Below are positions 29,836-40,884 of a stretch of DNA of 64,000 nt, piece after piece. Below the pieces are notes generated by a model, which saw only the letters and a list, made by a program, of their open reading frames with translations, ran no database searches and was not told the origin of the DNA. Position numbers and translations under genes: made by a program. Position 1 is the first letter of the stretch. The number at the start of each line of letters is the position of its first letter. Source of the stretch: Blastocatellia bacterium (GTDB lineage: Bacteria > Acidobacteriota > Blastocatellia > RBC074); NCBI GenBank assembly GCA_016789725.1, contig JAEUQN010000004.1, forward strand, positions 99 through 64,098, written 5' to 3'.

Positions 29836-30735
29836 TCAGCTCAGTTGTTTTTTCAAAAACCTAATGACTTTATTTCTGATCTCATCCACGTCGTACATTG
29901 CGCCAAAGTGCGGCGCATCTTTCACAATAATTAACTCGCTCGGAACGCCGACCGCCTGAAGCCAACCGTGCAGTAATTTCGATTGTTGGTTCGGAACGAG
30001 GTTGTCTTTCTCGCCGTGAAAAATCAGAAACGGAGGATCGTTTTTATCCACATACGTGACCGGGCTGGCAATTTTGGCTAAATCCGGTCGCGCCAGTGGT
30101 GCGGCTCCGAGCAGTACCGCTTCGGGGGACTTGTGGTCGTCACTGCTTTTCAATGAAGTCAATTCTGACGGGCCGTAAAAATCTACGACCGCCTTAAAGC
30201 GAAAAGTTTTCGTTGTCTTGGGCATAAAAAACGCAGCGACGTTATTGTTCTTCGAGAGTCCCATCAGTGCAGCCAGATGCCCGCCCGCTGAAAATCCCAT
30301 CACCGCGAAGCGCGTGCGATCCAGCCCGTATTTATTGGCGTTGTCATAAAGAAACGAAGCTGCCCGATTGCAATCCTGAATGAGCGCCGGAAACGCCGCT
30401 TGTGTGGCAAGGCGATAGTCAATCGAAGCCAACGCAAAACCACTGCTGACAATTTCAGCAATCGTTTTTTTCATGTAGCCCATATCGGCGTATTTATCGT
30501 TGGAAATCCAGCCGCCGCCATGCACAAAAATTACTAACGGAATTTTGCCGTTCGCCTTCACTGGCAAATACAGGTCTAACAAATGTCTGGGGTCAGCATC
30601 GTTGTTATACGGAACGTTGTCGTGAATGATCGTCCCCGGCGGAAAGACGTTGACGTAAGGATTGGGCTTCTGCCCCAGGGCAAATATCGGGTGCATTAGC
30701 ACCCAGATTGCGACAAGTAGAATTTTGCTTTTCAT
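29836..30735 (-). CDS. secreted alpha/beta hydrolase (esterase/lipase, HGGG type)
   Basis: VFVHGGGW oxyanion motif and GFSAGGHLA nucleophile elbow. Confidence 0.85.
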   Translation of the reverse strand: MKSKILLVAIWVLMHPIFALGQKPNPYVNVFPPGTIIHDNVPYNNDADPRHLLDLYLPVKANGKIPLVIFVHGGGWISNDKYADMGYMKKTIAEIVSSGFALASIDYRLATQAAFPALIQDCNRAASFLYDNANKYGLDRTRFAVMGFSAGGHLAALMGLSKNNNVAAFFMPKTTKTFRFKAVVDFYGPSELTSLKSSDDHKSPEAVLLGAAPLARPDLAKIASPVTYVDKNDPPFLIFHGEKDNLVPNQQSKLLHGWLQAVGVPSELIIVKDAPHFGAMYDVDEIRNKVIRFLKKQLS

Positions 30736-30750
30736 AAGTTGGGCTATAAT

Positions 30751-31653
30751 TTATTTCTTCTCGAAAACTTCTTTGGCTATGCCAATCGCGGTGATCGCGC
30801 TCGGCCAGCCCGCGTAAAACGCCATGTGAGTGATGGTTTCAATCAACTCCTCTTGTGTCACGCCATTGTCACGCGCCCGCGCAAAGTGAGAGCGAAGCTG
30901 ATCGGGGCGATTCATCGCAATCAGTGCCGCGACCGTGACCAGACTGCGATCACGTTTGCCAAGCTGTGGACGCTCCCACACATCCGCATAAAGCACGTCA
31001 TCGGTAAGCTGCGCCAGCTTGGGAGAAAAGTCGCCGATTGCTCGTTGAGACGGTCGCGGTTGCTGATTGGATACAGCATTAGGCGCGGCTGACCCAAGTA
31101 GCAACGTTGCTGCCTGCGCTTGAATTGGTGCGCTGTATTGCGCATCGCTGACCTTTTCCATCCAATCAACGCGCTTGCCGTCGCTCTGTTGTTCGGTCAG
31201 AGCAATGTGCGTCATCCGGTCAGTAGCGGTTGCGCCGTGCCAGTGCTTCACGCCCGGCGGAGTCCACACAACATCGCCCACTTTGATTTCCTGCTTCTCC
31301 CCGCCTTCCTGCTGCACCCAGCCCGCGCCCGTCGTCACAATCAGCGTTTGCCCCAGCGGATGTGAATGCCAGGCAGTGCGCGCGCCCGGCGCAAAAGTCA
31401 CACGACCAGCAGCAAGGTGCGAAGGTGCAGTTGCCTCTTGCAGGAATTCGACTCCGACCAACCCCGTGAAGTTTTCGGCCTCCCTCATCTGCGGTGGTGG
31501 CGCACTGTTGCGCGTGATGCTAATTGTCTTTGACACTTGCGAGACGGCACCATTCCTTGCTGTGGCCCCTGCCTGATTGGTTTGGCCGTTCGTTTTGGAA
31601 GGTGCTGAAGCGAGCAAAGAAAACAACATAACCGTTGCGGCGAACAGTTTCAT
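30751..31653 (-). CDS. secreted cupin domain + carboxymuconolactone decarboxylase (CMD/AhpD-like) fusion protein
   Basis: Signal peptide. Cupin motifs ([24 protein letters not shown]) followed by a CMD-type C-terminus ([49 protein letters not shown]). Confidence 0.8.
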   Translation of the reverse strand: MKLFAATVMLFSLLASAPSKTNGQTNQAGATARNGAVSQVSKTISITRNSAPPPQMREAENFTGLVGVEFLQEATAPSHLAAGRVTFAPGARTAWHSHPLGQTLIVTTGAGWVQQEGGEKQEIKVGDVVWTPPGVKHWHGATATDRMTHIALTEQQSDGKRVDWMEKVSDAQYSAPIQAQAATLLLGSAAPNAVSNQQPRPSQRAIGDFSPKLAQLTDDVLYADVWERPQLGKRDRSLVTVAALIAMNRPDQLRSHFARARDNGVTQEELIETITHMAFYAGWPSAITAIGIAKEVFEKK

Positions 31654-31683
31654 TTTTGTCCTTTCGATTCTGATTGGTTTGGC

Positions 31684-32697
<1,014 letters not shown>

Positions 32698-32829
32698 CTA
32701 TTGTTTGAGTTGTATTCTAAGGGCTTCGGGATTGGGAGCGATAAGACGATACTCGCAAATGATTGTACAATCCTGCAAAAAAACGGTGCGCAGCGTGCAG
32801 ATGGAAATCAAAGAGGCTAAGATAAATTT

Positions 32830-33756
32830 ATGAATCCAAATGAAGCAAAACGTGAAGCGCAAAGGGCAAACAGCAACCGCGAGGAACTGGTTGAGCGAAT
32901 CGCACGAGTACTTCCCCAAAACGGAATCCTGGATGTCTCTACCAGCTTTCGCCTCGCTCGTTCCTCCTGCCCGACGGAGCCGATTCATTCCCTGTATCAG
33001 CCTGCCTTTTGCGTGGTCGCCCAGGGCCGCAAACAGGCGCTTTTGGGCGATGAAGTCTTCCGCTACGATTCGGGACATTACTTGATTTACACGGTTGACT
33101 TGCCGCTCACCTTCCAAGTGGAGGAAGCCTCAGAGGAGCGACCATATTTGGGCTTCCGGCTCAACCTGGATTCTGCGCTCGTCGCCTCGGTCATGATGGA
33201 ATCCGGTATTCAGCCGAAAAAGGGCGACGCGAGCCTGAAGGCGATGGACGTCAGCCCGATGGACGCCAATCTGCTGGACGCAGTAGTTAGATTAGTCCGG
33301 CTGCTGGATGCGCCCAGTGAATACAAGGCCCTCGCCCCGCTCATCACCAGAGAGATCATCTTTCGGCTTTTGGCAGGAGGGCAGGCCGCACGGCTTAGTC
33401 ATCTTCTGGCGTTAGGAGCAGACACACACCGCATTTCCAAAGCGATTGGCCATTTGCGCGAACACTATGATGCGCCATTGAAAATTGAACATATCGCGCG
33501 CGACCTTGGCATGAGCGTTTCCGGCTTCCATCATCACTTCAAATCCGTCACGGCCATGAGTCCGTTGCAGTTTCAGAAACAAATCCGATTGCAGGAAGCG
33601 CGCCGCCTGATGCTCGGCGAAGACTTGGACGCCGCGAGCGCCGGGTTTCGTGTGGGCTATGAAGACCCCGCCTACTTTAGCCGCGACTACAAAAAGCTGT
33701 TCGGCGCACCGCCACAACGTGACATCGCCCAGCTTCGTAGCAACCTTGAACTGTAA
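32830..33756 (+). CDS. AraC family transcriptional regulator (AraC_N-type sensor domain)
   Basis: C-terminal double HTH (IEHIARDLGMSVSGFHHHFKSVTAMSPLQFQKQIRLQEARRLM...VGYEDPAYFSRDYKKLFG). Divergent from the AKR gene. Confidence 0.9.
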   Translation: MNPNEAKREAQRANSNREELVERIARVLPQNGILDVSTSFRLARSSCPTEPIHSLYQPAFCVVAQGRKQALLGDEVFRYDSGHYLIYTVDLPLTFQVEEASEERPYLGFRLNLDSALVASVMMESGIQPKKGDASLKAMDVSPMDANLLDAVVRLVRLLDAPSEYKALAPLITREIIFRLLAGGQAARLSHLLALGADTHRISKAIGHLREHYDAPLKIEHIARDLGMSVSGFHHHFKSVTAMSPLQFQKQIRLQEARRLMLGEDLDAASAGFRVGYEDPAYFSRDYKKLFGAPPQRDIAQLRSNLEL

Positions 33757-33784
33757 GGTTGAGTGTTGTAATCGTAATTTCTCC

Positions 33785-33961
33785 TTATTGATTCTGGGCT
33801 GACCAAAAACGTTTCGTATCCAACCAGTGGGACAAGGCGTGCAAGCGGCGATTGAAGCGCGAGACACTCAAACTCCGGTGCCTATAGTCCAACTCGCGCA
33901 AGACCAGCAGGGACCGCTCGTGATGGTTTTGAAAGTAGCGCGCTGCCACGACACTTCGGCC
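33785..33961 (-). mobile_element. short fragment of a DDE transposase gene (IS982-family-like N-terminal region), non-functional
   Basis: My own minus-strand translation gives RSVVAARYFQNHHERSLLVLRELDYRHRSLSVSRFNRRLHALSHWL, bounded by stops. This matches the ...AA.YF.NHER....L.E.GY....LS.SRFNRRLH block I recall from IS982-type transposases. There is no DDE domain and I saw no terminal repeats. Confidence 0.4.
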
Positions 33962-34119
33962 TCACAGCCATGCGCGCTTGGCGTCCACTTTGGGTGCAGA
34001 GTTCGTCTAATAACAAAGACCGTTATCATCCATTCCGCGTCCATCAGTTCCGCCTGAAGATGTGGTTTTGTTCACCAACATTTCAGAGATCATACCTCTG
34101 GGCGCAAACTAGCAATCAT

Positions 34120-34243
34120 GGTAAAGATACGCTCACCATTTCCGCACCAGGATTGACCGCGCCGGTGCCGGAACCAGCCACGCTATTGTTATTGGGAACA
34201 GGCCGCGCTGCGCATCAGACAGCGGCGCGGTAAGCGGAGATAA
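34120..34243 (+). pseudogene. frameshifted PEP-CTERM sorting-signal remnant (3' end of a lost exoprotein gene)
   Basis: One frame reads PVPEPATLLLLGTG, then a 1-nt frame change gives AALRIRQRRGKRR-stop (stop at 34241-34243). Together these make a canonical PEP-CTERM tail split by an indel, with no credible upstream domain. Confidence 0.5.
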
Positions 34244-34509
34244 AGTCACCCAAACCAGTATCCAGCCATGATTGCAACAGCATCGCGTCTATCGCAGCGC
34301 AGCGTTCTCTAATGCGACAGACCGGCAAGGCCTCGGTCAAGGGGAAGAGCCTGTGATTTGCATTTCTTTCGAGTCATCAATTCGAGTGGCGAATCCATCG
34401 CAAAATATTTCAGGCAAGATGGCAGATTTGTTTTGCCAAACGCGCCTGTAGAAATAGAGGAACGATTGCTTTGAACTTCTTGAACTCAGAGAAAAGAAAG
34501 GACGCTGAA

Positions 34510-35028
34510 ATGAGATTATTATTCGCTCCAAAGATTTTTTCTCACGCCAGAATGGCTCTGTTCGTCAGCATTTTCGTAGTCATCTTCTGCGCAGAACTCA
34601 AGGCAGTGGCTGTCACAACCAGCTTACAACCACCAGGGCAACTATGGACGTTTGAGATGTTGTTTGACAATGCGAATGCCGCGATAGGGTTTCCCTTTTC
34701 GGCGTTTCCCGGGCTGAACGGTTCCGACAAAACCAAATTTGTTTCAGACCAACTGATCAACCAACACGAATTAATTCATCTAACAGCCTTTCTGGAGGGA
34801 CAATTACAGATTATGATCCGTTTCATGCCGACCCTCACGGAACTAGGACAACAACAGGTCAATAACTGCAAGTTTTTGCTCCAGCGATTTTATCGAATTG
34901 CATCGGCAACCGATAGCAAGGGGAGCCAAGCCATTAGTCTGACCGATATTGAAAAGCTTTTTGCGCCACCCAGCCCAGAAAAAAATCGTACAGGTGATCA
35001 TTCCTCAAACCACATTCAGCAGAGGTAA
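34510..35028 (+). CDS. hypothetical secreted/membrane protein (low-GC ORF)
   Basis: AAAGGA lies before ATG 34510. The N-terminus is hydrophobic (MALFVSIFVVIFCAELKAVAV). The ORF is followed by a strong intrinsic terminator at 35098-35135. I recognise no family. Confidence 0.5.
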   Translation: MRLLFAPKIFSHARMALFVSIFVVIFCAELKAVAVTTSLQPPGQLWTFEMLFDNANAAIGFPFSAFPGLNGSDKTKFVSDQLINQHELIHLTAFLEGQLQIMIRFMPTLTELGQQQVNNCKFLLQRFYRIASATDSKGSQAISLTDIEKLFAPPSPEKNRTGDHSSNHIQQR

Positions 35029-35097
35029 GGCTTGTGGTGGCGGTGCCAGGTTTGATGTGATTGAGAGCGTAAGGTTTTATAGCGTGGGACAGGCCGC

Positions 35098-35135
35098 AAC
35101 GGCGGTGTAAGCCATCAACTTACACCGCCGTTTTT
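35098..35135 (+). terminator. Rho-independent terminator of the low-GC ORF 34510..35028
   Basis: Stem aacggcggtgtaag / cttacaccgccgtt, followed by ttttt. It abuts the mobA stop. Confidence 0.7.
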
Positions 35136-35739
35136 AGCCTTCAAGCCTTTGATAGTCTTCCAGCGTATTCACATTCAGGAGTAAGCGCTTTGCGTTTGGC
35201 AAGTGAGCGTACTCGGCCAAGCTCACCTCCCGCGTAGAAACGCGTTCTTGCAGCAAGCGCGCTTTCAATTCATCTGCTGCGAGCATCGCCGAAATTGGCG
35301 GTAAGCAAGTCGCGGCATAAATCGCAGCGAGCATCTGCGGGCGTCCAGTCTCATCCAGCGGCACCGTCAGATCACCTTTTTCTGCCTGATGAATTTGTGC
35401 CAGCAATCGCAAAAACTCTTCCGACAAAAACGGCAAATCACAGGCCAGAATCAGCGCCGCCTCCCCTTCCCCACCTTGCCGCAGCGCCGTTTCAATACCG
35501 CCCAATGGCCCGCGATAATTGTGCAGATCGTCAATCACTTCGGCCTGCCAAGCAGCGGCCAGTTGCTGATACTGCGCCACGTTCGGAGTTGAGGGATTAA
35601 TCACAATTGCCAATCGGTCAGCAACAGCCCGCGCCGCCGTCAGAACCTGTTCGATCATCGGACGCCCGTCTATGGTGAGCCAGGCTTTGTCCTCGCCCAT
35701 CCGCAAACTGCGCCCTCCGGCTTGAATTGCTACAATCAT
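35134..35739 (-). CDS. mobA: molybdenum cofactor guanylyltransferase
   Basis: N-terminal AIQAGGRSLRMGEDKAWL motif and the LACDLPFL block. Confidence 0.85.
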   Translation of the reverse strand: MIVAIQAGGRSLRMGEDKAWLTIDGRPMIEQVLTAARAVADRLAIVINPSTPNVAQYQQLAAAWQAEVIDDLHNYRGPLGGIETALRQGGEGEAALILACDLPFLSEEFLRLLAQIHQAEKGDLTVPLDETGRPQMLAAIYAATCLPPISAMLAADELKARLLQERVSTREVSLAEYAHLPNAKRLLLNVNTLEDYQRLEG

Positions 35740-35830
35740 TTCGGAACTCCGTAACAGGATATGTTATATTTCTCGCCGTTCAGACGTTTTACTTCTGAAT
35801 CATACAACGTTCGGCCAAGAGGTAAACATT

Positions 35831-37690
35831 GTGCTTATGAATCGCCTGATTTTATTGCTTCTGCTCCTTGGATTGACTTTTACGACGTTCGCTCAAACTG
35901 CGACTCCAAACAATCCCAGCTCCAAAACCCAAAATCCAAAATCCACGGAGTTTTATCCACTCTCGCAAATCCGCAAAGGACAACGCGCCACGGCTTATAC
36001 CGTCTTTGAAGGCAACGAGCCAAAGGCCTTTGAGTTGGAAGTGCTGGGCGTTTTGGAAGGCTTCAATAGCCCCAAGCAAAACGCGATCATCGTCAAACTG
36101 ATTAGCCCGGATACCGACCGCACAGGCGTCTTTGCCGGGATGAGCGGCAGCCCTGTGTACATTGATGGCAAGCTGGTCGGTGCCATTGCCTTTGCGTATC
36201 AATTCTCCAAAGAAGCTATTGGCGGCATCACACCGATTCAGGACATGGTAGACATCTTCGAGGTCAAACAAGGCGGCAATCCATCGCCCTCGCAACCGCG
36301 TTCGATTTCATTTTCGGAGCTTTCTTTTAATGAAAATTCACGGGCGTTTTCTGAGTTTGTGAATCCGCCGAAGTCTGCGATGACCAGTGTTTCCGGCGTC
36401 AACGCGCCCGTGCTGAAACCAATTGCAACGCCGCTGGCAATCACTGGCGTGGCCCCTGAAATCATTGAACGGTTCGCTCCACAGTTTCAAGCGCTGGGCT
36501 TGCTGCCGGTTGCCGGGGCAGCGGGCGCAGCACCGATCACAGAACTCAGCAAAGCCAATGGCAACACGCTCAAGCCCGGCTCAACCATTGTAGTTCCACT
36601 GGTACGCGGCGACATGTCACTCTCCGCTTCCGGCACCGTCACGCATCGAGACGGCAATAAAATTTATGCGTTCGGGCATCCGTTCTTGTCCGTCGGCGTC
36701 ACCGAATGGCCGATGAATGAAGGCGAGGTCGTGATCGTGGTGCCAAGCGTGGCGAACTCCTTCAAGCTCGCCAAACCAACCGCGATGGTCGGCACCATGC
36801 GCGGAGATCGTTCGACGGGCATCTTTGGCGAACTCGGCATTGCGCCCACGATGATTCCGGTGGAAATCAATTTGAAAACCAGTCGCGGTGAAAGCAAAAA
36901 CTATCAATTTGAAATCGTCAATGACCGCTTTCTATCGCCATTGCTGATGCAAATCACGACGCTCTCGACCTTGACGGGCAGTGAACGGCAAATCGGCGAC
37001 GCGACCTTGCAATTGCAATCGCGCATCAAGCTCAAAGGCCAGGAAGAAATCAAGCTGGAAAACCGTGTTTCGTCCGGCAATGCAGCAATGGCCCTGACCT
37101 TCGCCGCGACCCAACCTATCAGCGCGATTATCAACAGCGGCTTCAAAGATCTGCGCATCGAAAAGATCACGCTGGATGTCGCCTCACGCGACGTGCGCAG
37201 TACGGGCAAGCTCGAAAAACTCTGGGTAGATCGCACCGAAGTCAAACGCGGTGACAAGCTGATGCTGCACGCGTTTGCGCGCACCGAAGGCGGCGGCGAA
37301 TACGTCGAACGCATTGAAATACAAATTCCCGAAGACGCACCGCTCGGCAATCTACAACTAATGGTCGGCGATGGCGCAGCGGTGCAGGCATCCGAGTCAC
37401 GCACCGGCTTCGTCCCGAAATCCATTGACCAACTCGTGCGCGAAATGAACCGCATTCGCAAAGCAGATCGCTTGTACGTGCGCCTGTCCCGCTCCGACAA
37501 CGGAGCCGTCATCAACAACGAAGAAATGCCGAACCTGCCACCGTCGGTGCTGGCGACGTTAGGTTCAGAGCGCACGACAGGCGGCTATGTTGTGACTCGC
37601 TCGGTGACGGTGTTCGAGAAAGAATTGGCTCCGGCAGAGTTTGTGTTGTCAGGATCGAAGTCGCTGACGGTGAATGTGGTGGAGAAGTAA
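35831..37690 (+). CDS. secreted SpoIVB-type (S55) serine peptidase domain protein
   Basis: Signal peptide. GMSGSPVYIDGKLVGAIAFA (S55 serine motif) and IYAFGHPF (His motif). Confidence 0.75.
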   Translation: MLMNRLILLLLLLGLTFTTFAQTATPNNPSSKTQNPKSTEFYPLSQIRKGQRATAYTVFEGNEPKAFELEVLGVLEGFNSPKQNAIIVKLISPDTDRTGVFAGMSGSPVYIDGKLVGAIAFAYQFSKEAIGGITPIQDMVDIFEVKQGGNPSPSQPRSISFSELSFNENSRAFSEFVNPPKSAMTSVSGVNAPVLKPIATPLAITGVAPEIIERFAPQFQALGLLPVAGAAGAAPITELSKANGNTLKPGSTIVVPLVRGDMSLSASGTVTHRDGNKIYAFGHPFLSVGVTEWPMNEGEVVIVVPSVANSFKLAKPTAMVGTMRGDRSTGIFGELGIAPTMIPVEINLKTSRGESKNYQFEIVNDRFLSPLLMQITTLSTLTGSERQIGDATLQLQSRIKLKGQEEIKLENRVSSGNAAMALTFAATQPISAIINSGFKDLRIEKITLDVASRDVRSTGKLEKLWVDRTEVKRGDKLMLHAFARTEGGGEYVERIEIQIPEDAPLGNLQLMVGDGAAVQASESRTGFVPKSIDQLVREMNRIRKADRLYVRLSRSDNGAVINNEEMPNLPPSVLATLGSERTTGGYVVTRSVTVFEKELAPAEFVLSGSKSLTVNVVEK

Positions 37691-37980
37691 TGAACCCAAT
37701 AAAACGTACAACACATCCGCACATCGTCAAAATTCCTGGCGTCTGTGGCGGAGCGGCGATTATCGAAGGCACACGACTTGCCGTTTGGCATATCGTTGGC
37801 TACTACTACAAAGTAGGCATGTCGGTGGAAGCGATCTTGAGTGATTGGGATTATCTGACACCCGCACAGGTGTTTGATGCGCTGGCCTATTACCATGATA
37901 ATCGGCAAGAGATTGATCGGCTGATCCGAGAGAATAGCTACGAATATTGGAAAGAGTCTCAATTCAATGTCGCTGCCTGA
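37690..37980 (+). CDS. DUF433 family protein (putative antitoxin)
   Basis: PGVCGGAAIIEGTRLAVWHIVGYY...GMSVEAILSDWDYLTPAQVFDALAYY. The ATG overlaps the upstream stop (TAATG). Confidence 0.85.
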   Translation: MNPIKRTTHPHIVKIPGVCGGAAIIEGTRLAVWHIVGYYYKVGMSVEAILSDWDYLTPAQVFDALAYYHDNRQEIDRLIRENSYEYWKESQFNVAA

Positions 37981-38329
37981 AGCCCCGCGTTTACATCTAA
38001 ACGAAAATCTGTCACCACGCTTAGCTGAACAATTGCGCAAGCATGGTTTTGATGTGACCACGTCACACGAAATGGATATGCTGGCCGAACCAGACGACGT
38101 GCAATTGGCGTTTGCGACGGCAGAGCAACGCGCTATTGTCAGTTTCAATGTCCGCGATTTTGCCCCGCTCCACGATGAATACCAGGCCGCAGGCCGGGAG
38201 CATTGGGGCATGATCTTTTCCACGCAGGAACCTCTCAACATTCTATTTCAACGTTTACTACGGCTCCTGAATGCTGTGTCAGCAGAAGATCTGAAAAATC
38301 AGATTCGCTGGCTCAATGAATTTCAGTAA
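37967..38329 (+). CDS. DUF5615 (PIN-like/Mut7-C-like) protein (putative toxin)
   Basis: LHLNENLSPRLAEQLRKHGFDVTTSHE. It overlaps the DUF433 gene by 14 nt, which is the usual DUF433-DUF5615 pair. Confidence 0.8.
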   Translation: MSLPEAPRLHLNENLSPRLAEQLRKHGFDVTTSHEMDMLAEPDDVQLAFATAEQRAIVSFNVRDFAPLHDEYQAAGREHWGMIFSTQEPLNILFQRLLRLLNAVSAEDLKNQIRWLNEFQ

Positions 38330-38354
38330 TCCATCTACGAACTTCTGCAAGCAA

Positions 38355-40538
38355 ATGAAAAAAATCTTTACGCTTACTTTTCCCCTTATTTTTGCCTCTG
38401 TCATCTTTGTTACCGCCTTTGCGGGCGGCCCGGTGTTCTGGCGTGTCAGCACGCGCGCGGACATTGAACGCGGGGATGCGAATGGCGTTTCGATTGCTGA
38501 CAACGGCGCGTTGACGCTGGCTCCGGCGTTCACGGAAGTCTACGACACGAAGCAGGCATACGTGTGGGCTGCGGTCGCCGACAACGCGGGCAATGTCTAT
38601 CTCGGCACGGGACACGAAGGGCGCGTTTTCAAAGTGGATGCGACGGGTAAAGGTTCCTTGCTCTACAAAACCAGCGAGCTTGATGTGATGGCGCTTGCGG
38701 TGGATGCCAGCGGCAATGTGTATGCGGGGACTGCGCCCGATGGCAAAGTTTACAAGATCAACTCACGCGGCGAAGCGTCGGTGTTTTTTGAGCCGAAGAC
38801 GAAATACATTTGGGCGCTCGCGTTCGATGGGCAAGGGCGATTGTTGGTCGGCACGGGCGACAAAGGCGCAATCTATCGCGTAACGCCCGATGGTAGAGGC
38901 TCCGCGCTGATTCGCACGTCGCAAGCGAATATCACTTCGCTGAAAGTCGAACCAAACGGCAACATCATCGCGGGCACTGATCCCGGCGGTTTGGTGCTGC
39001 GCATTTCGCCCGAAGGCAAAGCGTTCACGCTGTTCGATTCGGCGCAAAAAGAAATCCGCGAAATCGTGCTCGGCAAAGACGGCAACGTCTACGCGCTCGC
39101 ATTGGCAGAATCGGCAGGCGGCGGTTCAAGCAATGCCGCATCAGCATCGTCTTCGTCATCCGCTGCGCCCATCGTGCTCAGTGCCGACGAAGGCGTGACG
39201 GTCACGATCAGCGACATTCAGGTGTTGGATTCCGGCTCGTCATCCGGTGCGACTACGACAACGGCAAGTTCCGGCGCACAGGCCAAAAGCGCGCTCTATC
39301 GTATTGACGCAAACGGCGTGACCGATGTCGTGTGGAGTTCCAACGACATCACGGCATTCACCGCCAACATTGACGACAACGGACGTGCGTTAATCGGCAC
39401 AGGACAGAAAGGCCGGATTTACAGCGCGATGCTGCACGGCAAACCGTCGTTGCAAATTCAATCCAGCGAGGCGCAAACGTCGCGCATCGTTCGCACGAAT
39501 GCGGGCCAGCTTTATGTCGCTTCGTCAAACCTCGGCAAACTTTTCAAACTTGGCGGCAGCACGGTTGCGAGCGGCACGTACATTTCATCCGTGCGCGATG
39601 CCAGCACCGTTGCCACTTGGGGCCGCGTGAATTTCGTGGGCGAAGGCGACATCGAAGTGCAAACCCGCAGCGGCAACACCGCGAATCCCGATTCGACCTG
39701 GAGCGAGTGGTCAGCCGGAATCAAGACCGCCGACGGCGGCGCGATTGCCAGTCCGCGTGCGCGCTACCTGCAATGGCGTGCGACCTTAAAAGGCGTCTCC
39801 ACCAAACTGCGCGAAGTCAACGTGTCGTATCTACCACGCAACCTCGCACCGCAACTCACGTCGCTGACGTTGACACCCGCTGGCGTAGCATTGCAGCCGC
39901 TGCCACAACAACCGCCCGATTCTGGCATCGAACAAGCCGGTCTTGATCCTGCGATTTTTGGCCTCTCGACCAACCTGCCACCGCGCAAGTTCTATCAAAA
40001 AGGTGCGATTTCGTTGCAGTGGACAGGCGAAGACCGCAACGGCGACAAACTGGAATATGCCGTGTTTTATCGCGCGGCGAATAGCACCGATTACTTCCCG
40101 CTCAAAACTGGCATCACCGAAAACTACTTCACCGTAGACGCGAACGGCTTGCCCGATGGACGCTATATTTTCAAAGTCGTCGTCAGTGATGGTCAGTCAA
40201 ATCCCGGCGCGATGGCGCTCACAGACGAAGAAGAAACCGAGCCGATTGAAGTAGACAATTCCGCGCCCGTCGTAACCGCTGGCACGCCGCAAGTCTCCGG
40301 CACAACCGCCGAAGTCACGTTCCAAACCGAAGACAAAACTTCGATCATTCGCCGCGCCGAATATCAAGTGGACGGCGGCGAGTGGAAGCCTGTGTTTCCA
40401 ACCGACGGCATCGCCGATGCACGCCGCGAGGAGTTCAAGGTTTCAGTCACATTGCCGGATCGCAAACCGCACGTGATCGCGCTGCGTGTGTTTGATGCGA
40501 ATGCGAATGTTGGAAGTGCGCAGGTGGGCGTGAAATAG
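38355..40538 (+). CDS. secreted beta-propeller protein with C-terminal Ig/Fn3-like domains
   Basis: Start moved to ATG 38355 (MKKIFTLTFPLIFASVIFVTAFA). At least 8 repeats of the GNVY.GT...G.VYK/R type are followed by beta-sandwich-like sequence (YEVFYRA..., GRYIFKVVVSDG). Confidence 0.75.
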   Translation: MKKIFTLTFPLIFASVIFVTAFAGGPVFWRVSTRADIERGDANGVSIADNGALTLAPAFTEVYDTKQAYVWAAVADNAGNVYLGTGHEGRVFKVDATGKGSLLYKTSELDVMALAVDASGNVYAGTAPDGKVYKINSRGEASVFFEPKTKYIWALAFDGQGRLLVGTGDKGAIYRVTPDGRGSALIRTSQANITSLKVEPNGNIIAGTDPGGLVLRISPEGKAFTLFDSAQKEIREIVLGKDGNVYALALAESAGGGSSNAASASSSSSAAPIVLSADEGVTVTISDIQVLDSGSSSGATTTTASSGAQAKSALYRIDANGVTDVVWSSNDITAFTANIDDNGRALIGTGQKGRIYSAMLHGKPSLQIQSSEAQTSRIVRTNAGQLYVASSNLGKLFKLGGSTVASGTYISSVRDASTVATWGRVNFVGEGDIEVQTRSGNTANPDSTWSEWSAGIKTADGGAIASPRARYLQWRATLKGVSTKLREVNVSYLPRNLAPQLTSLTLTPAGVALQPLPQQPPDSGIEQAGLDPAIFGLSTNLPPRKFYQKGAISLQWTGEDRNGDKLEYAVFYRAANSTDYFPLKTGITENYFTVDANGLPDGRYIFKVVVSDGQSNPGAMALTDEEETEPIEVDNSAPVVTAGTPQVSGTTAEVTFQTEDKTSIIRRAEYQVDGGEWKPVFPTDGIADARREEFKVSVTLPDRKPHVIALRVFDANANVGSAQVGVK

Positions 40539-40566
40539 TGATAAAATGTGGCAGGAGAAGTAACCG

Positions 40567-40884
40567 ATGACAGAAAATCTAAAGACTGCGATCAACGTCG
40601 TAACGCAACTAACGCCCGACGAGCAATTAGAATTGATTGCCACAGTTTCACGCGCACTCCAGAAACGATTCCCTACAGCACAGCAGTCTGTTTCGGGGCA
40701 ACCGCCGTCGGCAGCAAAGGCCATTCCCTCCACAGTCAGACGCACTCCACCCATGCAACAACTGTCCCAATTGAAAGCCGAGTTTTGGCCTGAAGACGAA
40801 ACCGCTGACGACATCAACAATTTCGTGGAGCAGCAACGAAAAGACGATTTACGAAGAGAATTCAATGAATATGGTGCTGCTTGA
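40567..40884 (+). CDS. putative antitoxin of the adjacent VapC (family not recognised)
   Basis: 105-aa acidic C-terminus ORF that overlaps the PIN gene start by 20 nt. Confidence 0.6.
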   Translation: MTENLKTAINVVTQLTPDEQLELIATVSRALQKRFPTAQQSVSGQPPSAAKAIPSTVRRTPPMQQLSQLKAEFWPEDETADDINNFVEQQRKDDLRREFNEYGAA

